From an uncultured delta proteobacterium (GTDB lineage: Bacteria > Desulfobacterota > Binatia > JACPRU01), in NCBI GenBank assembly GCA_963745025.1, contig CAVUWD010000005.1, forward strand, positions 128,001 through 192,000: a stretch of DNA of 64,000 bases, in the 5' to 3' direction. Below, one piece after another: positions 49,192 to 58,727 of the stretch. Position 1 is the stretch's first letter. Every line of letters starts with the position of its first letter. Below the pieces are notes generated by a model. That model was not told the origin of the DNA, searched no databases, and was given only the letters and a program-made list of their open reading frames with translations. The translations under genes and the position numbers were made by a program.

Positions 49192-51810
49192 TCAGAGCGA
49201 AGAGGGTGTCGATGGATCCGCGGTCTGAGCCGGCGTGCGCGAGCCGAGGGTGCTGCGTGGGGTGTGTGTCCAGAATTCGACCGTCGCCTCATCCAGTTGC
49301 CGTAGCGCTACGGCGGAGGACGGCTCGCCGACCGCTCGGAGCAGAGCGAGCAGCGGAGCGGGACTCGTGAAGCGATCGATGGCGGCGTGCAGCGACCGCA
49401 GCGGGAGCCCAATCAACCCGAGGCGTCGGGTCTGGCGCTCGAGGCGCCGCCACGCGACGAGCGCCTGGGGATACGGCTGAAAGCTCTCGAACTGCCGAGG
49501 CTTGGGCACGAGCCGTCCGAGCGCCGCGCCGAGCAGGTGCTTGTGCAACGTGCGAACCTCGCGCACCAACTGCTCCGTCTCTTCGACTAGCGCGTAGAGC
49601 CAGGCGGGATCTTCCTCGATGCGCTCGACCTCCCGGCGCAACGCGCGCAGCCGCTCAAGAAGCTCGTCGGCCCGCCGTAGGCGGGAGCGACCGTCGCCCC
49701 GCGCCAGCGGTCCGAGCCCCTCGAGCGCCTCGAGGAAAGAGTCCGCGACGACGATCCGCTCATCGAGACGACGCGCAAGATGCTGCCGCAAGGCGAGGCC
49801 GCCGGCCGAGCGACCGCTCTCGGCACTGCTCGGAACCAGGTCCAATCCTGCCGGATGGGCGCGATCGAAGAACAGCGCGCGGCCGTCCGATTCCGGATCG
49901 AGCAGGCATCCGCGACGGCATCGGCGCAAGCACACCTCCTCGGCGAACCAGCGACCCGCGCTGACGAGCGCTGCGGCGAATCGCGCCGCCGACTCGGGAG
50001 TCGCGGTCAGTACGGTGATTTCCGCGCAGATTCGCTGCTCGAGCCGGGTCCGGGTGCCGTCGCCACGGATGCGCCGGCGCACCACCGCCGACGGCGCGGT
50101 CTGCGGCACTTCCATCCCGGGCAAACGCGCCTGCTCGCTCGCGTCGCGCGAGAATTCTTCGACGCAAGCTCCGGCGGCGGCCATCGCCATCGCCTCCATC
50201 TGCGCGAGGGTGAGGCGGTCGCCCGGGGCGGCGCGCTCGTTCAGATTCTCGAGCTGTCGATAGAGCGCCTCGGCGAGGTCGAGAGTCGCCACGGCTCGTC
50301 GCCGCAGAGCCGTAGTCTCTTCGATCGTTCGCTTGAATCCGTCGCGTACGTCGGAGCGCGGGGCTTTCGGCCCATGAAGCAGGCTCGCCACCATCGAGCG
50401 CTCGACCATGCGGCGGGCAAAACCGCTCGCGGAGAGGCCACGCTCCTCGATCTCCCTGGCGGCGGCGAGGCTGCGGGCCGCGAGCGACGTTTCCGAACGC
50501 AGGCGATGGACCTCGCTCTGATGACGAAGCATTGCCACGAGTCGCGCCGCTGCCGCGCTTCCTGCGAGATCGCGAAGCGCCGTGCGCGCCGCGGCTCGCA
50601 GCCGGTGCGAGGTCGGTGCTCCCTCGCCGGCGAGGGACCGTGGCATGCTCAACTCCGCGCCGCCGAACGTCCACGTCGCGTAGGCGGGCGCATCGAGCAG
50701 TGTCGCGAGCTGGCGTCGGGGTGCCGGAGGAACGACCCCGGCGGGCGCCGCCGGCCTGGCCACGGCCAGCGGACGGCGAAGATACGGCATGGCGAGCGTG
50801 AACCCCTCCGGTAGCGCGCGGCCGAGCTCGATGGTGCGCCGGCGCGCGGCTTCGATGTGATGCAAGGCCGCGGGAACGTCGATCGGCGCCACCGGAATCG
50901 CCTGTCCTTCCTCGAGCGCTCGACCGATCTCTCCGGTGGTCTCGGGAGCGACGGCCGTGACGAGGTTCACTGCGCGCAGGCCGGCGTCGACGCTGATGCA
51001 GGCGAGGACGATGTCGCGAAGCTCGAGCGCTCCCGGGAACGAGATGCCGACGTTGAAGCTGCCCGTGGCGTCCGCCCCGCTCACCCAGGCCTCGAGGCTC
51101 CGCGCCGCCGGCCGAATGCCGAGGTGCTCGAGCCGGCGCAAGGCCTCGAGCACGCGGCGCCGCTCGGCGCCGTGCGCTCGAGCGAGCCAGCGGCCGAGGG
51201 CTCGCGCCCCGGCGGGCTCGCCGCGGTTGGCGACGCGCTGGATCATCAGCGTGCGGAGCGCTTCGTCGCTCTCGTGGGGAAACAAGGGGTCGAACGCCGC
51301 GCCGAGTCTCACCTGGGCGTGCGGTCGTGCGGTCGCGACCGAAATGGCGTCGAGAAGCGCTCGGCGCTCGCGTGGAGGGGATCCGCGGTAGAGCTCGACG
51401 ACCTGCGCCATACCCGTGCGATCACGCAGGCGATCGAGCAGCGTGTCGATCGACAAGAGGCTCAGGTAACGGATCTCCTCCGGCTCGAGGAGCCGTTCGA
51501 GCTGATCGGCGGCCACACCGGTCAACACCTGCGCGATCTCGGCTCGGGCGCGCTCGGAGCGTTCTGCATCGCGAAAGGCATTGGTCAGCGTCTGCGTATC
51601 AGCGGGGGTGGCGATCTCGTGGAGGGCGGCAGCAGCCATGCCGTGGACGGACGGCTCGCCCCCGAGCAGGTCGAGAAGGAGCGGCACGGCCGTCTCGCGT
51701 GCCGCACGAAGCGGCTCGACCCGATAGCGGAATTCCGCTTCCGACATCGGCATTCGATCCGCGAGATCGGAGAGTAGGCGGCGAATGTCCGGTGCGCAGT
51801 CGTCGCTCAT
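49192..51810 (-). CDS. Large hypothetical protein (~870 aa) with N-terminal HEAT-like repeats
   Basis: Long ORF with helical AxxAL repeats, a CLRRCRRGC cluster and C-terminal WTHTPRSTLGSRTP. Confidence 0.75.
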   Translation of the reverse strand: MSDDCAPDIRRLLSDLADRMPMSEAEFRYRVEPLRAARETAVPLLLDLLGGEPSVHGMAAAALHEIATPADTQTLTNAFRDAERSERARAEIAQVLTGVAADQLERLLEPEEIRYLSLLSIDTLLDRLRDRTGMAQVVELYRGSPPRERRALLDAISVATARPHAQVRLGAAFDPLFPHESDEALRTLMIQRVANRGEPAGARALGRWLARAHGAERRRVLEALRRLEHLGIRPAARSLEAWVSGADATGSFNVGISFPGALELRDIVLACISVDAGLRAVNLVTAVAPETTGEIGRALEEGQAIPVAPIDVPAALHHIEAARRRTIELGRALPEGFTLAMPYLRRPLAVARPAAPAGVVPPAPRRQLATLLDAPAYATWTFGGAELSMPRSLAGEGAPTSHRLRAAARTALRDLAGSAAAARLVAMLRHQSEVHRLRSETSLAARSLAAAREIEERGLSASGFARRMVERSMVASLLHGPKAPRSDVRDGFKRTIEETTALRRRAVATLDLAEALYRQLENLNERAAPGDRLTLAQMEAMAMAAAGACVEEFSRDASEQARLPGMEVPQTAPSAVVRRRIRGDGTRTRLEQRICAEITVLTATPESAARFAAALVSAGRWFAEEVCLRRCRRGCLLDPESDGRALFFDRAHPAGLDLVPSSAESGRSAGGLALRQHLARRLDERIVVADSFLEALEGLGPLARGDGRSRLRRADELLERLRALRREVERIEEDPAWLYALVEETEQLVREVRTLHKHLLGAALGRLVPKPRQFESFQPYPQALVAWRRLERQTRRLGLIGLPLRSLHAAIDRFTSPAPLLALLRAVGEPSSAVALRQLDEATVEFWTHTPRSTLGSRTPAQTADPSTPSSL

Positions 51811-51930
51811 GCCGCGCTTGTTATCGAGACCAAACCACCACGTTGTCAAATCCAGCCGCCGGGGACGAAGACGATGGTCAAGTCCGTCGACCGTGGTCGG
51901 CGTCGGTGCCATCTGCTACGTAGCGATCCG

Positions 51931-53121
51931 ATGCCAGGTGATCGATTGAGGTTGGGCTTCGTCGTGCCGCGCTATGGCCCGGAGATCGTCGGCGGAGCCG
52001 AGACGCTGGCGAGGGGTTTTGCGGAGAAGCTTCCGGTGGACCGCTTCGAGGTCGAGGTGCTGACGACGTGCGCGCGCGATCATCACACCTGGACCAACGT
52101 ACTGCCGAGCGGGGAGGAACGCAGCGGCGCGGTGACGGTGCGGCGCTTCGCCGTGTCGGCGCGCGACGTGGGGCGGTTTCTGGCGATCCAACAGCGAATG
52201 TCGGAAGGCTTTCCCCTCGAGCTCGAGGAGGAGCTCGCTTGGGCCGAGGGCAGCGTCAACTCGGAGGATCTCTACGACTACCTCCACGCCGAGCGCGAGC
52301 GCTTCTCCGCGCTGATCTTCCTCCCCTACCTGTTCGGCACGACGCTGCTCGGTACGCAAATCGATCCGGCGCGCTCCGTGCTGATCCCCTGTCTGCACGA
52401 CGAGCCGTTCGCCTACTTGAGGGTCGTCCGGCATCTGTTTCGCAGCGTGCGGGCCGTGCTGTTCAACAGCGCCCCCGAGCGTTCGCTCGCCCGGCGGCTC
52501 TATGGAGGCCCGAGGCAGGCGCCCGTGGTCGGCTTCGGCTTCGACCTCGTCGAGACGGCGAAAGAGGCGAGTCGCAGCTTTCGTTCGCGCTACGGGATCG
52601 ATGGGGACTACCTTCTGTATTTCGGACGGAAGGAGGGCGGAAAGAATCTGCCGTTGCTCCTCGAGTGCTTCCGCGCCTGCCGCGATGCGGGTCGGGGTTT
52701 GTCGCTCGTCGTCGCCGGCGACGGTTCCGTCGATGCGTCCGCCGGGATCGACGGGCTCGTCGACCTGCCTCGTTTGAGCGAAGACGAGAAGAACGCCGCC
52801 TGCGCGGGCGCGCTCGCCGTCTGCCAACCGTCGGTCAACGAATCCTTCTCGATCGTGCTGATGGAAGCGTGGCTTCAGGAGACACCGGCGCTCGTGAACG
52901 CACGCTGCCCGGTCACCTGCCATCACGTTGCGCTTTCGAACGGCGGGCTCTATTTCAACGACACCACGGAGTTCGCCGCCGAAGTCGAGTACCTGCGCGT
53001 GCACCGCGACGATCGCCGCGAGCTGGGTCGGCAGGGACGGCGCTACGTCGTCGAAAACTACTCGTGGCCGGCAGTGCTCGGGCGGTTCGAGCGCGCGCTC
53101 CACGCGGTTCTGGAAAGCTGA
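51931..53121 (+). CDS. Glycosyltransferase family 4
   Basis: VVPRYG..IVGGAE, P.LHDEP, PS.NESFSIVLMEAW. Confidence 0.9.
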   Translation: MPGDRLRLGFVVPRYGPEIVGGAETLARGFAEKLPVDRFEVEVLTTCARDHHTWTNVLPSGEERSGAVTVRRFAVSARDVGRFLAIQQRMSEGFPLELEEELAWAEGSVNSEDLYDYLHAERERFSALIFLPYLFGTTLLGTQIDPARSVLIPCLHDEPFAYLRVVRHLFRSVRAVLFNSAPERSLARRLYGGPRQAPVVGFGFDLVETAKEASRSFRSRYGIDGDYLLYFGRKEGGKNLPLLLECFRACRDAGRGLSLVVAGDGSVDASAGIDGLVDLPRLSEDEKNAACAGALAVCQPSVNESFSIVLMEAWLQETPALVNARCPVTCHHVALSNGGLYFNDTTEFAAEVEYLRVHRDDRRELGRQGRRYVVENYSWPAVLGRFERALHAVLES

Positions 53122-53126
53122 GACGG

Positions 53127-53525
53127 ATGGACGCCACGGGAGGACCCAGCTTTCGGATTGCCGGAGAGATCGGTCGCGGTGTGGTCGAGAAGGTGCGTGC
53201 CAGGCTCGCCGACCGGTTGGCGCGTGGCATTCTCGATCGCGACGAGATCGCGCGTGTCTCGACGATGCCTCTTCGTACCTTCGCCGGCGGCGACGCGGCC
53301 TCGGAGATCTTCCGCCGCTGTTGCGTGACCTGGGAGGTCGATCGAGTGCCCGCCCTCACCTCGCACCGACCGCTGATCGGTCCGCTGCTCGTCGCGATCA
53401 AGCGCGTCGCTCGGCGCCTGCTCCGATTTCAGACCGAGGCGCAGTTCTCCCGCCAGCGGGATTTCAACTGGAACTTGTTGCTGGTGCTCCGGGAGCTTCT
53501 CGAGAGGGATGGGCGGCGGGGCTGA
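53127..53525 (+). CDS. Hypothetical protein in the glycosyltransferase cluster
   Basis: SHRP.IGP.L..IKR..RRLLRF......RQ.DFN, a motif I associate with surface-polysaccharide clusters. Confidence 0.7.
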   Translation: MDATGGPSFRIAGEIGRGVVEKVRARLADRLARGILDRDEIARVSTMPLRTFAGGDAASEIFRRCCVTWEVDRVPALTSHRPLIGPLLVAIKRVARRLLRFQTEAQFSRQRDFNWNLLLVLRELLERDGRRG

Positions 53526-54594
53526 GGTCTTGGAACGATTTGTCCACCAGCTCGTGCCGAATCTCGCCTTCGGCGACGCGATCTCGCAACAGGCCCTGAC
53601 GCTGCGGCGGATCCTTCGTGCGCTGGGGGCGCGCTCGGAGATCTTCGCGGAGCACGTCGATTCCCAGCTTCGCGGCGAAGCTCGGCCGTACCGGCAGCTC
53701 CGCGACGAGGCGCGCGACGGCACGGTCGCGCTGTACCACTTCTCGATCGGCTCCGAGGTCACCGACCTCTATCGGCTGCTGCCGAATCCGCGAATCCTCG
53801 TCTACCACAACATCACCCCGCCCGAGTTCTTCCGCGGCGTCAATGCCGAGGTGGCTCGCCTGTGCGCCCGCGGGCGGGAAGAGCTCCGAGCCTTGCGAGC
53901 GCACTGCACGCTCGCGCTCGCCGATTCCGAGTTCAACCGTCAGGAGCTCGCGGCGCTCGGCTTCGAGCATACGGCCGTGCTGCCGATTCTCCTCGATCCC
54001 GAGCGATACCGCGTCCGACCGGTGCGCCGTCTCGAGCGGCCGTACCGGGATGGGCACGTGAACTTCCTGCACGTCGGCCGTTTGGTGCCGAACAAACGGA
54101 TCGAGGATGTGCTCAAGGTCTTCTACTTCTACCGGCGGCGCATCAACCCCGACAGCCGCCTCTTTCTCGTCGGCATCGACACCGACATGGAGATCTACTC
54201 CGTGGCGCTGCGGCAGATGATCCACGACCTCGGGCTCTCGGGAGTCGCCTTTGCGGGACGGGTATCGCAGCGCGAGCTGGTGACCTACTACCGCCTGGCT
54301 CACGTCTACCTCTGCATGAGCGAGCACGAAGGGTTCTGTGTGCCCCTCGTCGAGGCCATGCACTTCGGCGTGCCGATCATCGCCTACGCCGCCGGAGCAG
54401 TCCCCGAGACGCTCGGCGACGCGGGCGCGCTGGTCCTGCGCAAGGACTTTGCCGAGATCGCGGAGCTGGCGGCGATGATTTGCGAGGACCCGACCCTGCG
54501 CGAAGCGCTGGCCGCCAGAGGTCGCGCCCGCGCCCGCGAGTTCCTCCCCGAGGCGGTCACTCCGGGGCTCGAGCGGCTCCTCGGCTCGGTATGA
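53509..54594 (+). CDS. Glycosyltransferase family 4
   Basis: GDAIS, YHNITPPEFF, VGR.VPNK, SEHEGFCVPLVEAM. Confidence 0.92.
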   Translation: MGGGAEVLERFVHQLVPNLAFGDAISQQALTLRRILRALGARSEIFAEHVDSQLRGEARPYRQLRDEARDGTVALYHFSIGSEVTDLYRLLPNPRILVYHNITPPEFFRGVNAEVARLCARGREELRALRAHCTLALADSEFNRQELAALGFEHTAVLPILLDPERYRVRPVRRLERPYRDGHVNFLHVGRLVPNKRIEDVLKVFYFYRRRINPDSRLFLVGIDTDMEIYSVALRQMIHDLGLSGVAFAGRVSQRELVTYYRLAHVYLCMSEHEGFCVPLVEAMHFGVPIIAYAAGAVPETLGDAGALVLRKDFAEIAELAAMICEDPTLREALAARGRARAREFLPEAVTPGLERLLGSV

Positions 54595-55793
54595 GCCCGG
54601 CTCAGAGCGTGGCGAGTTCCTCGAGGCCGTGCGTCGCCCTCGTCGTGCAGCGCTACGGGGCCGAGGTCGACGGCGGATCCGAAACGCTCTGCCGACAAGT
54701 GGCCGAGCGGCTCACGGATTGGGCGAGCGTCGAGGTCGTCACCACGACGGCCGTGGACTATCTCACGTGGAAGAACGAGCTGCCTGCCGGGGTGACCGAG
54801 CGAGGAGGCGTCCGCGTACGGCGCTTCCCGGTAGCGAGTCGCCGCTGGGTGCGCAGCTTCGGCCGCCTGTCCGAGCGTCTGTACCGTACGCCGCATACCA
54901 TCGAGGACGAGCTCGACTGGATGATCCGCCAAGGGCCACGGACGCCGGAGCTCCTCGCGTATCTGAAGGAGGCGGAATCTCGCTTCGACGCGTTCGTGTT
55001 CTTCACGTACCTCTATTATCCGACGTACTTCGGGCTCCCGCTGGTGGCCGGCAAGAGCGTGCTCGTTCCGACCCTTCACGAGGAGCCGCCGGCGCGTTTC
55101 GACATCTTCCGTTCGCTCTTCCGGCTGCCGCGCGCCTTCGTGTGGAATACGCCGGAGGAGCGTGATCTCGCTCGCGCGATGTTCGGCATCGAGGCCGAAG
55201 GGGAGGTCGCGGGAATCGGCATCGATCCGCCGGCAACGCATACGCCCGACGGCTTTCGCCGTCGTCACGGGCTCGGCGAATTCCTCCTCTACGTCGGCCG
55301 TCTCGACGTATGGAAGGGCATTCCGGAGCTGCTCGATCACTTTGGTCGCTACCGTTCCGAGCGTGCTCCGGATCTCACCCTGGTACTCGCCGGCAAGCGG
55401 CACATGAAGCTACCGCGGCGGGCGGGGGTCGCGCCCGTCGGCTATCTCGAGGACGGGGAGAAGATGCAGGCATTCGCGGGCGCGAGCGCTACGATCATCC
55501 CGTCGCCCTTCGAGAGCCTCTCCGTCGTTGCCCTCGAGAGTTGGGCCGTGGGCACGCCCGTCGCCGCCAGCGCGCGAAGTCGGGCCGTGGTCGGCCAGTG
55601 CGAGCGAAGCGGTGCCGGACTCGCCTACTCCACCTACGAGGAGTTTCGATCGGCCATCGACCGGCTGCGCTCGCCCGAGGGAAGGGAGCTCGGGAACAAC
55701 GGTCGGCGCTTCGTGGCGGAGCAGTGCTCGTGGGAGCGTATCGTCGGCGTCTATCGGCGAGCGATCGAACGCGCGAGCGGAGCCAGTCGGTGA
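54591..55793 (+). CDS. Glycosyltransferase family 4
   Basis: VVQRYG.EV.GGSE, FFTYLYYPT, PS.FESLS.V.LESW. Confidence 0.92.
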   Translation: MSPAQSVASSSRPCVALVVQRYGAEVDGGSETLCRQVAERLTDWASVEVVTTTAVDYLTWKNELPAGVTERGGVRVRRFPVASRRWVRSFGRLSERLYRTPHTIEDELDWMIRQGPRTPELLAYLKEAESRFDAFVFFTYLYYPTYFGLPLVAGKSVLVPTLHEEPPARFDIFRSLFRLPRAFVWNTPEERDLARAMFGIEAEGEVAGIGIDPPATHTPDGFRRRHGLGEFLLYVGRLDVWKGIPELLDHFGRYRSERAPDLTLVLAGKRHMKLPRRAGVAPVGYLEDGEKMQAFAGASATIIPSPFESLSVVALESWAVGTPVAASARSRAVVGQCERSGAGLAYSTYEEFRSAIDRLRSPEGRELGNNGRRFVAEQCSWERIVGVYRRAIERASGASR

Positions 55794-56980
55794 CACCGCT
55801 TCCCCGCGTCGCGGTCGACGTCCGCGGCTTGCAGAAGGGCTTCAAGTCACACGAGGGACGCGGCATCGGACGCTACGTGCGCTCGCTCCTCGAGGCGATG
55901 CTCCCGCTCGACCCGGAGCGGCGCATCGGCTTTCTCGCCGACGCCGACGGCGAGCTCGACGGCATCGGCCGCGGCAGCGCCGAGCGACTGCATCGTATTG
56001 CTTCACCGCGCTGGCTCAAACGGCTCGGGCCGGAAGCGGCCCACGTTCGCCAGCACATCTACTGGCCGCGCGCCCTGCCAGCTCTGCCGTTCGATCTCTA
56101 CCACTTTTGCTCGCAGACCGATGCCCCGGCGACGCTCGACTCCCCCTACGTGGTGACGGTCCTCGATCTCATTCCCCATCGTCTGCCCGAGCTCTATCGT
56201 CAGGGAAAGAACCGTGCGCGCTTCCTGCTCGGCCGCTGGCTCGAGCGACGCGCGCTGCGACGCGCGCGCGGACTGATCGCGATCTCCAAGTATACGGCGG
56301 ACGATTTGGTGAGGCTGCTTGGCATTCCGCGCAGTCGCATCGCGGTCACGCCGCTCGCCGTGCGCGCCGGGCTCGCGCCTGCTCGGGAGCCCGAGGTCGC
56401 CGCCTTCTGTCGACGCCACCGGCTCCGCGCGGGCTACCTGCTTTACGTCGGCGGGATCGACCGGCGGAAGAACATCCCGTTTCTCCTCGAGGGGATGCGT
56501 GCGATCGTCGCCCAGCGACCCGACGCGGAGCTGGTGCTCGCGGGTCGCTATCGCGACGATCCCGACTTCGCCGAGCTCGTCGTACGCTTGAAGCGCCTCG
56601 GCCTCGAGGACTCGGTGCGGCTCGCGGGCTACGTGGCGGAGGAAGAGCTGGCGGCGCTCTACGCGGGTGCTTCGGTGTTCGTCTATCCTAGCCTCTACGA
56701 GGGTTTCGGATTGCCGCCGCTCGAGGCGATGGCCTGCGGCGCGCCGGTCGTAGCCGCCGATCGCACCGCGCTCCCGGAAGTGCTCGGCCATGCGGCGCTG
56801 CTCGTCGATCCGCAAGACGTGGCCGAGTTCGCCGAGGCGACCCTCTCCTTGCTGGATCACCCGGAGCGGAGACGGGAGCTCTCCGAAGCTGGGCAGCGGC
56901 AAGCGAAGCGCTTCACTTGGGATGCGACCGCGCGGGCGACGCTCGAGGCGTATCGGCAGTTCGCGGAGCTGCCGCCATAA
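55790..56980 (+). CDS. Glycosyltransferase family 4 (MtfB/WbpY-like)
   Basis: GIGRY, YVGG.D.RKN, PSLYEGFGLPPLEAMACG, FTW. Confidence 0.92.
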   Translation: MTPLPRVAVDVRGLQKGFKSHEGRGIGRYVRSLLEAMLPLDPERRIGFLADADGELDGIGRGSAERLHRIASPRWLKRLGPEAAHVRQHIYWPRALPALPFDLYHFCSQTDAPATLDSPYVVTVLDLIPHRLPELYRQGKNRARFLLGRWLERRALRRARGLIAISKYTADDLVRLLGIPRSRIAVTPLAVRAGLAPAREPEVAAFCRRHRLRAGYLLYVGGIDRRKNIPFLLEGMRAIVAQRPDAELVLAGRYRDDPDFAELVVRLKRLGLEDSVRLAGYVAEEELAALYAGASVFVYPSLYEGFGLPPLEAMACGAPVVAADRTALPEVLGHAALLVDPQDVAEFAEATLSLLDHPERRRELSEAGQRQAKRFTWDATARATLEAYRQFAELPP

Positions 56981-56982
56981 GA

Positions 56983-57050
56983 GACTACCGGCTACCGACT
57001 ACCGCAAGAGACACCGTTGAGTCTTTGCCGGTAGCCGGAACCCGGTAGCC
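56983..57050. repeat. REP-like heptamer palindrome
   Basis: gactacc ggctacc gactacc gcaagagac-N8-gtctttgcc ggtagcc ggaaccc ggtagcc. Confidence 0.85.
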
Positions 57051-57067
57051 GTTTTCGGAGGTGCATC

Positions 57068-57670
57068 ATGCGACTCTATGACTTTCTCCCTTCGGGCAAC
57101 GGTTACAAGGTCCGGCTGCTGCTCACCCAGTTAGCCATTCCGTTCGAGCGCATGGAGATGAACATCCTCGAGCAGGCCACGCGCACGCCCGAATTCCTCG
57201 CCAAGAATCCGAACGGCAGGATTCCCGTGCTCGAGCTCGAGGATGGGACGTTCCTCGCCGAGTCGAACGCGATTCTCTTCTACCTCGCCGAAGGGACGCC
57301 GCTTCTACCGAGCGGCCGCCTGGAGCGTGCGCGCGTGCTGCAGTGGATGTTCTTCGAACAGTACAGCCACGAGCCGTACATCGCCGTGGCGCGTGCGTGG
57401 CTGCACATCTTCGGCATGGACGAGGAGCGCCGTCGGCAGCTGTCGCAGAAGCAGAAACTCGGCTACGACGCGCTCGGCGTCATGGAGGGTCATTTGGCGG
57501 CGCGCGCGTTCTTCGTCGGCGAGCGCTACTCGATTGCCGACATCGCGCTCTACGCCTACACGCACGTCGCCGACGAGGGCGGATTCGATCTCGCGCGTTT
57601 TCCGGCCGTGCGCGCCTGGCTCGATCGTGTACGCGCAGAGCCGCGGCACATTCCGATTACGCAGGGATGA
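57068..57670 (+). CDS. Glutathione S-transferase family protein
   Basis: SGNGYKVRL, NPNGRIPVL, ESNAIL, QWMFFEQYSHEP, SIADIALYAYTH. Confidence 0.93.
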   Translation: MRLYDFLPSGNGYKVRLLLTQLAIPFERMEMNILEQATRTPEFLAKNPNGRIPVLELEDGTFLAESNAILFYLAEGTPLLPSGRLERARVLQWMFFEQYSHEPYIAVARAWLHIFGMDEERRRQLSQKQKLGYDALGVMEGHLAARAFFVGERYSIADIALYAYTHVADEGGFDLARFPAVRAWLDRVRAEPRHIPITQG

Positions 57671-57672
57671 TC

Positions 57673-57735
57673 GGCTACCGGCTGCCGGCTACCGCACGAG
57701 AGACCTTGATATTCTTGCCGGCGGCCGCCTTCAGT
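57673..57735. repeat. Degenerate REP-like heptamer element
   Basis: ggctacc ggctgcc ggctacc gcacgagagac ... cttgccggcggcc. Confidence 0.6.
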
Positions 57736-57807
57736 CCGCGCCGGATCTCGACGACTCGTGAGAACCGCTCGTCGACGAGCTCGCGCGTCGTCATCGCGGC
57801 CGTTTCG

Positions 57808-58719
57808 TCAATCGCGCCTGATCCGATAGCCGACGCGCGGAAAGTGGACGATGACCTCGCCGACGGAGGCATCTTCGCGCAGCAGAGAGATCTCCTGCGC
57901 GCTCGTGCGCACGAGCGCGCCGGAGACCTTCTCGACGCCGTAATCGTCGGGCACGACGCTGACACGGTCTCCCGGCTTGAGCCCGTTCGGGTCCTCGCCG
58001 TCGATCCCCTCGGGAGTGAGCGGCAGGCTGTGACGGGCGATCGCCAGGGCTTCGTCCGGATCGAGCGGGGTCATCTCGCCTCGCCCCATGGCGTCGACGC
58101 GGTCGAACCACTTCTTCAGCGCCGGGCGAGCCGCCACCCAGGCGAGCGAGTCGGCGTCGCTGCGCAGGAACCACAAGGGGTGGAAGCACGCGGCGTCGGC
58201 GAGGCTGAAGGCGGCGCCGAGCAGATAGTCCCGGCCACGCAGCTGCGTATCCAGCCAATCGATCGCCGCGACCAGCCGACTGCGGCAGTCGGGCAGCGAG
58301 GCTTTGAAATTCTCGAACGTCAAGCCCGGCGACATCGCCTGGCGATCCTTCATGAACTCCGGCGGTAGCGCATCGATGATCTTGACGATCGCGGGGGGGA
58401 CCGCCGCCATGAACAGCCAATGATCCGCCCAGTGGGCGATGATCTCGCATGCGCCCTGGCTGGCGCCGGGAAAGCAGGACGGCTCTGGTACGCGCTCTTC
58501 CAGGACGCGCGCGATGAGCGCGGTATCGCAGTAGACGTCCGCGCCGATCTGCAGCACCGGGATCTTTCGGTAGCCGCCGGTCAGCGGTGTCAGCTTCGGC
58601 TTCGGGGCGATGATCGGCTGCTCGACGCCGCGCCACGCGATGCCCTTCAGGGCGAGGATCTTGCGGATCTTCTCGGAGAACGGCGAGACGTCGTAGTGAT
58701 GAAGAATGATCTCTTCCAT
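57808..58719 (-). CDS. Glutathione S-transferase family protein (long form)
   Basis: ILHHY..SPFSEK, LTGGYRKIPVLQIGAD.YCDT, VHFPR.GY. Confidence 0.92.
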   Translation of the reverse strand: MEEIILHHYDVSPFSEKIRKILALKGIAWRGVEQPIIAPKPKLTPLTGGYRKIPVLQIGADVYCDTALIARVLEERVPEPSCFPGASQGACEIIAHWADHWLFMAAVPPAIVKIIDALPPEFMKDRQAMSPGLTFENFKASLPDCRSRLVAAIDWLDTQLRGRDYLLGAAFSLADAACFHPLWFLRSDADSLAWVAARPALKKWFDRVDAMGRGEMTPLDPDEALAIARHSLPLTPEGIDGEDPNGLKPGDRVSVVPDDYGVEKVSGALVRTSAQEISLLREDASVGEVIVHFPRVGYRIRRD

Positions 58720-58727
58720 GAAGTTCC

